Below are positions 15,465-28,149 of a stretch of DNA of 64,000 nucleotides, piece after piece. The first letter of the stretch is position 1; each line of letters begins with the position of its first letter. Source of the stretch: Octopus vulgaris (taxonomy: Eukaryota); contig OX597822.1 of NCBI GenBank assembly GCA_951406725.2, positions 7,688,001 to 7,752,000 on the forward strand, read 5' to 3'. The notes beneath the pieces are model-generated. The model had not been told where the DNA came from and searched no databases. It worked only from the letters and a program-made list of their open reading frames with translations. A program made the translations under genes and the position numbers.

Positions 15465-15795
15465 GTTTCTGACCCCTTCCGATCATGAACAATCAAGGGA
15501 TTGCTCCTAAAATATTTCCCTCAGAGGCACAGGTCTGAGCTGTTTTATGCAAGGCTAACAGTCACCTATGCATACCAGTCTGCCCTCTCCATGGCAACAA
15601 GGTTACCCGAAAGAAAGGCAAAGGACAATGCATCTTGCCACCAGTGACGTCGCATATCATTTCTACAGATGAGTGAACTGGAGCATCGTGAAATAAAGTG
15701 TCTTGCTCAAGAACACAAGATACAGCCTGATCCGTGAGTCGAACTTAAAGCTGATGATTTTGAGCCCGACACTAACTATTAAGCCTGGCGCATTG
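15465..15795 (-). mobile_element. tRNA-derived SINE (family C variant), diverged
   Basis: Colinear with 7850-8165. Confidence 0.75.
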
Positions 15796-16419
15796 ACACG
15801 TGCATACATTCTTGCCAATGTGTGCGTGTGAGTGAATCTGTGTGTATGTGTGTGTTAACACGCGTCGGCATGCGCATATCTGTGTCTGTGATTGTGTGTG
15901 TGTGTATGTGCGCACAACATGTATCGTTGTCTGCATACTTGTAATGAATTTCCTCTAGTAGTGTTCTGTTTACCAGTAACTTTAGTAATAATCATCAACA
16001 TGGTTTATTTATTTACCTATGTACTCACCATCTCCACATCAATATTCCCAGCTAATTTATTTATTCGCTCAATTATCAATTCACTTATTAAAATTGACGT
16101 ATCTCGTCTTTACACTTCGATGTGTTCTTTTTTCCTCTTATTTGCTAATTCTCCTGGCGTATTTCCTGTTTTTGCTTATTACAATTATTTTTTGATAGTT
16201 TTAATTATAAACATAATTATAAGTGTTCCTTAAACGTGTAATTACAAATTTTCCTCATAAATTTTTAATCTTTATGATTTTTTAATCTTTTAATACATTT
16301 ACAATGTTTTAAATGATTTCATAAATATTTTTCAATCTGTTAAATAGATCTGTTCAATATTTCTTCTATGGATTTTAAATTAATAGTTCAATTTCATTTT
16401 TATCTAATTTCCCATACTG

Positions 16420-17669
16420 TATGAGGGTTTGCTGAAAAGTGCATATGCTGTCCAAAATAATCTCATGTAATGCGACCTCATGAGGTTTAGTTTTCAATCT
16501 AGCTCTGCCTGCAGGCGAAACACATATTCAATTGGTGCCACAGTCGTTGAATCCTATGATTAAAGAAGCTTTCATCCTGTTGGTAACAAAAGTTATAAAC
16601 AGCAGGTATGATGTTATCATCGCTGTGACATTGTTCCCTACCAATGATTTCTCTCGTGTTTCAAAACAGATAATACTCAAATGGGGCAAAATGAGAATAA
16701 TAGAGATGATCAACCAGTTCAAAACTAGTCAAGAACAGCAGCTATTAATACCAAGGTCTTGTGTGCTTGAACATTTCTATGATGAGATAAACCCCTTTTC
16801 GTCAGTTTTCCTTCGCCTTCGGTCTTCATAGCCTTTTATAACTACTTAATTAATTTGGCATATCGCTCTCCATTTATGCTATGAACCTTAGATAAACAAT
16901 AAATATAATGCCTTTCGAATTCCAAAACATCGTGGCCTTCGTCTTCCCTGCAGATAAGGTGACTTTGGCCTTCTTTGGAGCAGGTGAGGAGGGACGTTTC
17001 CATTTCTTGAACTATCTATTTGTCACTTGCTCAAAATGATGAACCCAACATTGTTCATGGGTTAAGAAAAGTTGAAGGAGATCAGATGGATCTAACTCAA
17101 GAAATGTGAGATTTCCTGCGATATGATCAGCCTTGTACGCTTCTCATCAGGTGTTAGAAGACGTGGCAGCCACGGAGGAGAAACGTCCGTCATGCTAAAT
17201 TCATTGTGCAGAATAGTCTCAACTCTCTCGTGCGATATGCTGATAGCATTGGTTATTTGATTTATAGTCAATCACCTGCTACCCATCTCCATGTGGTGAA
17301 AACAATCAATGATTTCCGCGCTGGAAGCGGTTGCATGACGTCCAAACTTTGGGTCATCTTCAAGACACTCCGTTCCTGTCCTGAAATAAACCGACCACTT
17401 TTCTACTGGAGCGACATTTCCTAATGTAGCAACCTTGACAGCATGAATGTCCTTAGGGTCTAAAGCCTTTCTTTTTTGCAGATATTTGATAACACCACCA
17501 TATAAAACTTTGTTCATTGTTAAGAGAAGTTGCTAGTTACTTTTGAAGTCTCCTTTGAACCGTCACATGTTTACCTCATATGAAACAATGCAATTATCAG
17601 TAAGATGCGTTGAAATTAATGCATACAAGATTTCTAGCGCTACAGTGAACTTTTCTGACCACCCTGGTA
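16420..17669 (-). mobile_element. Degenerate mariner transposon
   Basis: Minus-strand MNKVLYGGVIKYLQKRKALDPKDIH...EKWSVYFRTGTECLEDDPKFGRHAT (mariner N-terminal HTH); ends tatgagggtttgctgaaaagt and acttttctgaccaccctggta are imperfect TIRs with TA. Confidence 0.8.
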
Positions 17670-17824
17670 ATTATATTAAGTTCAACAATTTTCTACATAT
17701 ATTTGAGTGTGTGTGTGTGTGTGTGTGTGTGCGTGTGTGTGTAGTATGTGTGTGCGTTAAGTAAAATGAGACACCAAAGCCAAGGCTGTGTGGAATTTTC
17801 GGGACATTTATAAAGAGAAACTTA

Positions 17825-17854
17825 GTCTTACATCTGTTTCCCTTCATCAGAGAC
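17825..17854 (-). ncRNA. Minimal hammerhead remnant lacking stem II, in a probable PLE pLTR (~17760-18400)
   Basis: Minus strand gtct CTGATGA agg GAAA cagatg TA agac; stem I gtct/agac. Confidence 0.55.
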
Positions 17855-18639
17855 GATGTGTGATAGTTAAATTGAGGCAAATATTAGAATTCAATATGAG
17901 GAGTTATTTTGGAAAAGGAAGCAAATTAGGTGTAGATAGGAAAATAGGAGAATGAGCGTAGAAATAAAAATAGATATAAAAATGTGTAAAGATGTTATAA
18001 TGCAGTTCCATTACCCAAGGGAAGTGGTGTGTAGAAGTGGAAGAAGTGCTTTCTCTTCGTGGTATGTAAATTCCAACAGGAGTTCATATTTTGTCATCGC
18101 AAATGGTAAGTTTGGAGACGTACATTCCATGTGCTGGTCATTCAAATGGGTTCTTCATGTATGAAGGAAAATCTCAGAATGTAATGGAGAATTAAGTGGA
18201 CAGAGAGGGTAGAAGAAATTTATATGTTAAAATGACAAGACATGTCAAAGCAAAAAGTGAGAAAAGAAGATACAAAAGAGGAAGAGAAAATGAAAGCAAG
18301 AAGAGAAAAGGAAAAAGTGTAAGGAAGTGAAAAAAAAGAGGAAAAGTGGAAAAAAGGAGTGTTAGTTGGTGGTCAAGATATTATGAGGATGCTTTCCGAC
18401 AAATCTATTATATTTAAGCTTGCACGTTAACAAAATTATACATTCATATGAATTATTTTAAGTACGCATTCATTGTTCTAATCTCATGCGTATTGTTTGT
18501 CGTACTATTTTTATCGATCACATTATATACATTCGTAATATATCTACTACTTATCTTAAACAGACTTCCCTGAAAAACACCTTATGATCAGAATACGGAT
18601 ATTAATTAACATATACTATTAGAAAAATTACATGAAACA

Positions 18640-18710
18640 TTTCTTGTGGTCTAGTCGTCAGGATTCCTGAGTTTCGCCCAGCTGACCCACCCTCGATTCC
18701 CTGATGAGAA
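18640..18710 (+). pseudogene. tRNA-Glu(TTC) pseudogene
   Basis: tttcttgtggtctagtcgtcaggattcctgagtTTCgcccagctgacccaccctcgattccctgatgagaa aligns end to end with metazoan tRNA-Glu(TTC); stems and B box are mutated; T5 run ~9 nt downstream. Confidence 0.7.
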
Positions 18711-18865
18711 CATTACTACTTTTAGGAGCCGGCATGACTGTGTTGGAAGTAAACTCGCCTTGATACCACTTTGTTTGGGACTCAGTCCACTTGCATAGGA
18801 ACTCGTTCTACTACCCTCTTCAGTGAATTTGGTTGGCGAAAAATTTGCGGAAGCATCTAGTGTAT

Positions 18866-18978
18866 ATGAGGGTGTACTGATAACGTCCTGGCTATAGACA
18901 AAACAAAATACAGAAGGACCAGTTAATTAAGATTTTATTCAGTATATACTTTCTAAGATTCACTCACTTATTGCAGCA
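18866..18978 (+). mobile_element. Mariner-type MITE, truncated by a SINE
   Basis: tatgagggtgtactgataacgtcctggct...; homologous to 30040-30257 and 50274-50492. Confidence 0.6.
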
Positions 18979-18980
18979 GG

Positions 18981-19260
18981 AAAAGTCGACCTCGGCGGAA
19001 TTTGAACTCAGTACGTAGCGACCGACGAAATCCCTATTTCTTTACTAACCACAAGTGGCTAAACACAGAAAGGACAAACGAGGACAGAGAAACGGATTAA
19101 GTCAATTATATCGACTCCAGTGCGTAACTGGTACTTATTTAATCGACTCCGAAAGGATGAAAGCCAAAGTCGACCTCGGCGAAATTTGAACTCACAACGT
19201 AACGGCAGACGAAATACCGCTAAGCATTTCGCCTGGCGTGCTAACGCTTCTCCCAGCTCA
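18981..19260 (-). mobile_element. SINE family B (Meta-domain-like centre) plus a short tandem fragment
   Basis: Minus strand gagctgggagaagcgttagcacgcc...gagttcaaatttcgccgaggtcgactttggctttcatcctttcggagtcgattaaataagtacc. Confidence 0.85.
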
Positions 19261-19604
19261 CAGCCTTGAAACAAACAAAGAATAAATGATAAAAGATACA
19301 GCCAACATTGAAATTGCCTTTCAGCCTTACCTTAGATGATTGGTTTATAACTAGCTAATCTTGATACCGCTTATACATACATATTTCTTTCGAGTTGACT
19401 ATCGGCAAAAAATATTTTTCAGTAACTTAGTAGAGATTAATAATAATTTATCTTACTAATCAGTTTCCTGCTATTCTGAGATTCGCCTGTTGTTGACCGG
19501 CGTCTACAAGGAAAATTTTCAACTGAACATATAGAATTTGCTGATGTATATAAATAGACATACATACATACATAGTTAATGCATAAATACATATATATAT
19601 ATAT

Positions 19605-20570
19605 ATGGAAGACGCTATAGTTAATGGTACCATTAAACCATGTATACTCCACTCACACTATCAGAAACCGATGGCTAATCCACTAGTAATCCGTAGTGAC
19701 TCAGCTGTGTCGGATACTGCCAAACTCAACATCCTAGTGGCAGACTTAGTTAGAGTAATGAGGAATGTATCACCACTATGCCAACCACAAGAACGACAAC
19801 AACACATCCAGCACTACATATTCCGAATGCAACGTTCCGGATACACACAAGACGATAGAGTCAGGGTGTACAAAGGAGCGAAAGCTAGATTCGAACGCAT
19901 TCTAGGGAACGACGAAAACGGTATATGCCCCCTGTACCGCAACAAGTTCTGGAATAGGTTAGAGAGGGACACCAACAAAAAGATGAGAAACGTTACTTGG
20001 TACGATAACAGGAGATTTCACGGAGTGATGTTCGTTGACGCCACACCTATGAACGAGCTAAGTAAGGCATTCAAGAAAGTCCTGCGCACTACGGGCCTAA
20101 AAGTTAAAGTTGTAGAAAAGACAGGTAGGACTATCAAATCGGCATTATGCAGATCATATCCATTTGATAGAATCACCTGTCAGAGTAATTGTGCAGTGTG
20201 TTCGACAAATCCACACGTAAATTGTAAAACCAAGGGCACTGTATACCAGATTAAGTGCCAGGAGGGAGCTTGCGCGGCTAACCCGGAGTCATACATAGGT
20301 GAGACCTCTAGAAGCATCAATGATAGGTTCAAAGAACACCTGGACAACTACATTGAAAGGAAGCCAAACTCCATCTTCTACCAACATGCTGTAGACTGCC
20401 ACAAGGGATCCTTAGGGGAGCTTAAGTTGAACATCCTATCTACACATCCCACCGATGCAATGTTGAGACAGGTCACAGAAGCTGTTTGTATACAAGAATA
20501 CAAACCTACTCTCAACCGAAAGTCCGAATGGAATAACATCCAGATCCCATTCAGAAGGACTATTCTATAA
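19605..20570 (+). CDS. Penelope-like element ORF, 5'-truncated: RT thumb, Cys-rich linker and GIY-YIG endonuclease (Neptune-like)
   Basis: YQKPMANPLVIRSDSA (thumb), CQSNCAVC...NCKTKGTVYQIKC, YIGETSRSINDRFKEH, RQVTEAVCI...KPTLNRKSEW; the first ~17 codons are probably flanking DNA. Confidence 0.92.
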   Translation: MEDAIVNGTIKPCILHSHYQKPMANPLVIRSDSAVSDTAKLNILVADLVRVMRNVSPLCQPQERQQHIQHYIFRMQRSGYTQDDRVRVYKGAKARFERILGNDENGICPLYRNKFWNRLERDTNKKMRNVTWYDNRRFHGVMFVDATPMNELSKAFKKVLRTTGLKVKVVEKTGRTIKSALCRSYPFDRITCQSNCAVCSTNPHVNCKTKGTVYQIKCQEGACAANPESYIGETSRSINDRFKEHLDNYIERKPNSIFYQHAVDCHKGSLGELKLNILSTHPTDAMLRQVTEAVCIQEYKPTLNRKSEWNNIQIPFRRTIL

Positions 20571-21742
20571 CCACCCCTCTCTCTCTCTCCCTTTCACCTG
20601 TAGTCCTTACATACAGGTTGCAATGCGTATGTGCAGTTATATACAACGGTATGAGCAGACGTTGTTTGATACGAACAGTCGCACCTAGGCGTTGTACCCA
20701 TTCACGGTTAGACGACGATGAGAGGAACAAACACACACCCACACACATATATATATATGTGTGTGCGTCTATACAAACATATATGTAAATATGTATACAA
20801 CCTTCAGCTAAGTAACAGTCATGTACACAACTTGGACGGACACATGCCAGTACACGGACATACGTTCACATACACATACACATGTACACACTCTCACGGA
20901 CACATCTGCCCATTCTCCTAGACACTCACATACATACGTAGCACATGAATACAAACATACATACATACCTACGTATGGGCATACACACGTACATACGCAC
21001 GTACATGTACACACACACATACATGGGCACATGCATACGGGCGCGTATACATACATACGCACATGCGTACGTATGTACATACATACATACATACATACAT
21101 ACATACATACATACATACATACATACATACATACATACATACATACATACGCACATACATACATACATACGAACAATAGTAAAACATTAGTTCTGTGATA
21201 TAGAGATAAAAATCTGATAATAGATTTTAGGGTATAGTTCTTGTGAGCAAGCGTCATAAATTCACTTTCTAGCCTCGGCCGTAGGGAGTTGAAATTTGAT
21301 AGCGTTGTGATGAGTGGTCACTCTACATCCATCCATCGCTACAGGTTTATAACTTTATGTTTTATAGAGTGTATGTGCGTGCTTATACACACACATACAT
21401 ATATACATACATACATACATACATGCATACACAGGCGTATGTGCGGACATGAATACGTACATACATACACACATGTATGCATACATACACACATACATAC
21501 GTACATACATATATATGACGAACTAACTGTTACTTTCTTAGATGCAGCACGGACTTTGTCAGTGAACAGGTCGCGGATTTTAGCGACGAAAATATTTTGA
21601 CAAATTAAACTTAAATGTTGGAGTGAATCGAACGGCTTTTGTGTGTTTCTTAAATGGCTTATAAACACCTCCCACGCTGCAATTGTTTTCGTTTCAGCAC
21701 ACGATCTCAGATCAAATTACTTGCTATGCGAGTACATCTCCG

Positions 21743-21853
<111 letters not shown>

Positions 21854-21874
21854 CATACATACATATATAAATAT

Positions 21875-21915
21875 ACTAGCATTATGACCCGTCGTTGCCG
21901 GGTCATAGTGCTAGT
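21875..21915. repeat. 41-bp palindrome resembling two back-to-back Helitron 3' ends
   Basis: actagcattatgacccg-tcgttgc-cgggtcatagtgctagt: 17-bp arms, 1 mismatch. Confidence 0.8.
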
Positions 21916-21949
21916 GTGTATATGTGTACATATTACATGTACATCTATA

Positions 21950-22849
21950 TATATACATCTACACATAAAATACTAAATGCAAAGTTATATCTTGATAACA
22001 GTCTGGAATTGTAAGCCCGTCTCTTGCAATTTCGATCAATTGTATCTTGTCCTCCCTCTTGTATAGAAGTGTGGCTACAATCCAGCCTACCTCTACTTCT
22101 GGGGGGTGGGACATTTTTAATTTTTATCCGGGATGTCCTACGTCCCAGATATAAAGGTAAAAATAAAATATTTCCACTTTGCAAGGTTCGAGTCGAGTAC
22201 TCCCTTGCACGCTCCGTTGATTCGAACCTTGCTTCTATTGTGGCAAATTTACCGCCTCTGGTTAGATACTTTATATCTTTTATAGTCGCTCCAACAAACT
22301 TTTCGATGGTGCTTTCCTTCAGGTGTTCAAATCTTTTTTTTCTACACTGTATACTTTATAGACAATAGACTTTTCTTTAATTTAATTTTTTATTTCGTTT
22401 CGTGGTGTTATCCTAGATTCACCGTCTTTGTCGGTGATCAATCCGAAATAGGTTTGTATTTCTTCCATTTTAATACTATGTATTAGTAATAAAATACAAT
22501 GTACATTTAAACACATAAGGAATCCACTCGTGGGATTCAAAAGAACAGCTAGGTTCTATAACCACAGAATTAGGGATAAATTTCGACAGTACATTTTGAA
22601 AAAAATAGGATGTATATACAAGAGGCACATAGTTTGATCGCCTCGTGTTTATATATTTAACCCAAGATGTACTTGTTGAGAACGTTTTCACCTAACTGGT
22701 ACATTTTTCATTAGCACGGACTGAAGGCTAGAAAAGTGAATAAGTAAGATTTCTTGAAAGAGGATTAACTATAGATCGAGTTTTAGTTTAGGGATGTAAA
22801 ATCTCCGTTTCTTCATCAGTATAGTAACCTATTGTACATTATTGTCAAT
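21950..22849 (-). mobile_element. L1/Tx1-like LINE 5' end (5' UTR plus frameshifted ORF1 N-terminus); left arm of inverted repeat
   Basis: Minus strand MEEIQTYFGL...EKFVGATIKDIKYLTRGGKFATIEARFESTERAREYSTRTLQSGNILFLPLYLGRRTSRIKIKNVPP resembles a Tx1/L1 ORF1 RRM region. Confidence 0.6.
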
Positions 22850-23084
22850 GTGTATGCATAAAAATATGAATATCACGCATCCATAATCATATATACAGAT
22901 GTTCACATTTATATACGAGCTAAAACTAATCTATACACCTCAACACATGTATATACGACCAAAAATAATAACGCAGTGAATATTCTGGTCGGAGCAAGTT
23001 GTATCTATAATAAATCTCAGATATTTATTATTTCTTGTTTACACGTTTTCGAGATAAGTGACTTTTCGTCACTGGAAAACGGAT

Positions 23085-23781
23085 ATTGACAATAATGTGC
23101 AACAGGTTACTATACTGATGAAGAAACGGAGATTTTACATCCCTAAACCAAAACTCGAACTATAGTTAATCCTCTTTCAAGAAATCTTACTTATTCACTT
23201 TTCTGGCCTTCAGTCCGTGCTAATGAAAAATGTACCAGCTAGGTGAAAACGTCCTCAACAAGTACATCTTGGGTTAAATATATAAACACGAGGCGATCAA
23301 ACTATGCGCCTCTTGTTTATACATCCTAATTTTTTTCAAAATCTACTGTCGAATTTTATCCCTAATTCTGTGGTTATAGAACCTAGCTGTTCTTTCTAGC
23401 GTGTTGAATCCCACGAGTGGATTCCTTATGTGTTTAAATGTACACTGTATTTTATTACTAATACATAGTATTAAAATGGAAGAAATACAAACCTATTTCG
23501 GATTGATCACCGACAAAGACGGTGAATCGAGGATAACACCACGAAACGAAATAAAAAATTAAATTAAAGAAAAGACTATTGTCTATAAAGTATACAGTGT
23601 AGAAAAAAAAGATTTGAACACCTGGAGGAAAGCACCATCGAAAAGTTTGTTGGTGCGACTATAAAAGATATAAAGTATCTAACCAGAGGCGGTAAATTTG
23701 CCACAATAGAAGCAAGGTTCGAGTCAACGGAGCGTGCAAGGGAGTACTCGACTCGAACCTTGCAAATTGGAAATATTTTAT
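23085..23781 (+). mobile_element. Inverted second copy of the same LINE-like 5' end; right arm
   Basis: Reverse complement of 22164-22849 with scattered substitutions and small indels. Confidence 0.9.
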
Positions 23782-23789
23782 GTATGTAT

Positions 23790-24259
23790 GTATATATGTT
23801 TTACCACACCGTCCAACCGATTTTAATGATTTTTGACACTCAGGTAGATCACATGTCCTGAAGTTCAAATAATGCCGGAATTTTTCAAAAACTCGATAAA
23901 TCTCAGCTGGCATCGATTTTCGGGCGTTGAATGGAAATTCTCATAACAATGTTATTTTCCCCGCTGCTTTTGCATGTTTTGTCCGACTGTGATACAGATG
24001 GTGGCATCAATGGGAGAAAAATGGTGGCAGTAATGGGTCGAGTTACACACAAAATTTTGACTGCGATTTCAGAGGGCCCAGTATGTAGGAGTATATCTAA
24101 AGCGCTAACCGTGTACAATCCCTTCCGAACCAGATGCAATATCTGAATGGGTAACCACTTAGTAGTTGGCACGGAAAACGTAGAAGATTTCAATGCAAGG
24201 TCAGAGGTGGGCTTAACTTCAACAAGGAAGACACGAACAACGCCGAGTCCAACAGCTAG
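23790..24259 (+). mobile_element. Helitron-like non-autonomous element fragment
   Basis: Ends gacacgaacaacgccgagtccaacagCTAG followed by T. Confidence 0.5.
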
Positions 24260-24406
24260 TAATTATATACGCTTGTATTAGTTATTACCTGTTGGCTAAT
24301 TCATTACATGCTGGCTACCCGACAAGACCTTTTGAAGATTTTATCCTTGCTTATTGTGTGTGTGTGTATGTGAGTGTGTGTGTGTGTGTGTGTGTGCGTG
24401 TGTGTG

Positions 24407-24630
24407 TGAGGCACGTGGTACAGTGTCCAGGAAATTCGATTCACTATATTAAGATGGTGAGTTTGAAACGTGTCGCTTCATTGGGTCCTGAAGCCAGGCA
24501 CCTTAATGCACGTTCATCAGGTCAGTTGAGAGTACGAATATTAGTAGACTGCTCAGCTACTTGCATGTTAATATCACGAGAAAGCCATTCTGGTGATTGG
24601 ATGAACTGGATCCCGCATCGAACCTACTGA
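24407..24630 (+). mobile_element. Degenerate tRNA-derived SINE
   Basis: gaggcacgtggtacagtgtccagg...gagtttgaaac head; tail resembles family C. Confidence 0.5.
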
Positions 24631-24689
24631 CTACCAACATACACACACACGAACACACACACACACACACACCCACATGCACACGTTTG

Positions 24690-24736
<47 letters not shown>

Positions 24737-24979
24737 GATGGATATACATTCAGTATATGAGCGTGGGTGCTCGTATGTATGTAATTATTCACTTTTTCGA
24801 TATTTCTTGCTAATAGACAAAAAGCTGGATTCTAACATAGTTCCAAGTCTCATTCATTGGAATTGCCACAGAACGAACAGGCTTCAGCAGGGTATTTTTC
24901 CATGTACATGTGTATATGTGTATATGTGCATGTTTGTTGCTATTGTATGTATGTATGCATGCATGTATGTGTGTATGTA

Positions 24980-25215
24980 TGTATGTATGTATGTATATAA
25001 CGGGAAGCTTTATGAAAATAAACAAAAGACGAAGGCAGGTGGAATACAAACAAACAATTGTATTAGTATGGCGCTCAGGAATATAAATAAAACAAGTCTT
25101 TTAGGTTTCGAACCTACGCTCTTCAACAGAAAGATACATAGAAAAGAAACATGGAGAGAAACAAGGAGAGAAAAAAATGCGTGCAGAGGCTAGCGAATCA
25201 ACATGGCGATCTGTA
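24980..25215 (-). mobile_element. pLTR-like repeat with CUGUUGA hammerhead variant
   Basis: Minus strand 25096-25135: atcttt CTGTTGA a gagc gtag gttc GAAA cc TA aaagac. Confidence 0.6.
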
Positions 25216-25419
25216 TGTATATATGGTTGTATGTACGTACGTATGTAGGTATGCATGTATGTATCTAGAGTGCTAAAGATGAGGTTAAAACAAACAGGTT
25301 AAAGTACATTTAGCCCACAAAAAAAACTTGCATTTTGAGCGTATTCCTACGCTCCTCTGCAGAAAAAGATACCTGCAAAGAGTCAAAAAGAAATAGATAT
25401 AAAAAAGCAAAGATACATC

Positions 25420-26670
25420 AAGTAGACGGCGTGACCTCCTCGTCCTCAGTTTCTCACCTACCCCTGCTTCCCAGCCTAGCTCCATTCCATGCTCTCACCC
25501 ACGCTGTCTCACCTGACCCAACCTCTCCAACAACGCCATTCTCTTTGGTAACCGTCACCGTCCCTATTTCGTCATGGACACCTTTACTTATTATTTACTC
25601 CATCACCTGCACTCTCTGTCCTTCACCTTATATTGGTCAAACAGGACGCCAATGGCAATGACATCCCGGTCGTGCACCACTTCTGCTCTACCGCTCATTT
25701 GCTACAACATCTGTCTGTGTTCGGACTGTCTCTATACAGCGACTACCCGGACTCTCGCCTTCGCCGTCAACAGGAATTGATCTTCTCTCCGTTCATTTTC
25801 ACCTACATTCAACTGCGCCTAACCACATGGAAAAACCTGCATACCGGCTAACTCAATACCCTCACCACACACAAACCACTATACGAACGCTCATACGTAC
25901 TGTTCGTCTCATTAATCACTTCACACACCATTACACACACACCAACAAGCATCTATGCACGCGCACACAAACACCTTCCCACTCAACATACACTAGCACC
26001 GAACACTTTGCACCCACACCACATACCCTTATCCACACAATCTCCAAAAGCCTCACCAGACATACGACTATACGAGTAGACCCACCCACTGTTCAACTCA
26101 GTATACACCATCATGCACAATCCCACACGAGGAGCACTTAATACCTGAACACAGAAAATATTATACACACCCGCAACACGCGCAGACACAGGTAACATTC
26201 ACCTACAGGCATACTAAACACATGCATTCTATTTGGTCACAGACACACAAACACATACACACGTGCGCACACCACCTGAACAAGCAAACATCAACTGCTA
26301 CGCACACACACTTTAGCCTCACGTATACACACACGTCCATACGAACACACACACACACACTCACTCGACCCCATTCACGCATACTCATTCACACACACCA
26401 TTCTCGCATGTACTTGCACACCTTACTTTGTTGGGATCACCCTTACAGTTATTGTTATTATTATTATCTCCCTTTCATTCAGCCTCTTTTTTCACTTATC
26501 TCGCCATGTTGGACCGCTTTTTAAAATTGTGTTTGCATTTTTCTGTCGAAGAGCATATGCTCATAATGTAAGAGCCGTTTCCATTCTTCCCGAGCGTTAA
26601 ACTTATAAATCTGTTTGTTGTTCCTACACCTATGTCCGTCTTTTGTGCTTTGTTTCCTGTAAATTTGAAC
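25420..26670 (+). mobile_element. Penelope-like element 3' remnant: degraded GIY-YIG, CA-rich spacer, pLTR
   Basis: IIYSITCTLCPSPYIGQTGR and PVVHHFCSTAH...LSVFGLSLY...RLRRQQELIF; hammerhead-like ctgtcgaagagcatatgctc at 26543. Confidence 0.8.
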
Positions 26671-27731
26671 TATATGTATTTGTGTGTGTGTTTGTGTGTG
26701 TGTTTGTGTGTGTGTGTGTGTGCGTGCCTCCGTATGTGCATGTTTGTACGTGTGTGTCTATCAATTAATCAACGCTGGATGTTTAAGTGTTTATATCACT
26801 ATATACTCTGAGGGATATATGGCTCTTTAAAATCAAATACGATTAAAATACCCTTGGAATATATGTACATATTTTGTTATATGGGGCCAAGGTAACGAGT
26901 GCATGAATCTTTACACAATATAAGGAATAATTATCCTTCTTAACGTAATACGTTATTGAAGTTTAATATGCTTCGTTCTTAGAAAACATATTTTCTACTC
27001 CTGGCCGCTGGGAAATAGCTTTAACGTGATTATTATGGTCTTCTGAAGGCCTATTACAATTAATGATATTACTCAATAGTTGAAAAAATCTCGGGTGATA
27101 GGGGATATCTACATTCTGTGTAGTTTAATTTGTACTAGTGTATAATGTGATGTAATATGTGTTCTTCGAATTTACCATGGTAATTATTGTATCGCTGTTG
27201 GATGATTTACTTAACTATGTAAGCGATATATTCACAGCCAATGCACTTTGTTCAATGGTGTGTTGGACGCGAGTTATCTTATATTTATTTTTAATTTCTA
27301 TTTAGATACTCAGAGGAATGGATAATGAAATTGTTGCTGATATCCTCGAGTTATTTCAAATGTTGTTATAGATAAATTAGCTCCTTAAACAACCTTTGTT
27401 AATAAGAAAATAAGTTCAAGTTGACATTGAAAATATTGATAATGTGTAACTTTCTTTTCAATATCCACATCTGTTTTAAAGTAGACATCCAAATTTCAAA
27501 GTATTCTTCTTTATGAAGGTGAAGCAACTGGAATTTAGTTGAAATGAAAATCAGCTTAAAAGAAATACAGTTCATCTCAACTGCATTCATGCAGCCAAAT
27601 TCTGCAGCCAAACCGGGTGTATTATGCACCATCTCCCACCCCCCTTTTAATCTTGCAATACTAGTATGATGAGCAAGTGGTTTATCTGAAAGAAACATAA
27701 TTTTTATTTATGAACGATTTATTACTCTTAA

Positions 27732-28149
27732 TCTTTTACTCTTTTACTTATTTCAGTCATTTGACTGCGGCCATGCTGGAGCACCGCATTTAATCGAGCA
27801 ACTCGACCCCGGGACTTATTCTTTTGTAAGCCCAGTACTTATTCTATCGGTCTCTTTTTGCCGAACCGCTAAGTGACGGGGACATAAACACACCAGCATC
27901 GGTTGTCAAGCAATGCTAGGGGGACAAACACAGACACACAAACACATACTCACACACACATATATATATATATATATACATATATACGACGGGCTTCTTT
28001 CAGTTTCCGTCTACCAAATCCACTCACAAGGCATTGGTCGGCCCGAGACTATAGTAGAAGACACTTGCCCAAGGTGCCACGCAGTGGGACTGAACCCGGA
28101 ACCATGTGGTTGGTAAACAAGCTACTTACCACACAGCCACTCCTGTGCC
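27732..28149 (-). mobile_element. SINE family A, full length
   Basis: Reverse complement of the 14921-15370 family. Confidence 0.9.

Noticed and set aside
23110-23145. CTGATGA-a-GAAA hammerhead-like string in the LINE arms
   Set aside because: No stem II, and no stem I or III pairing
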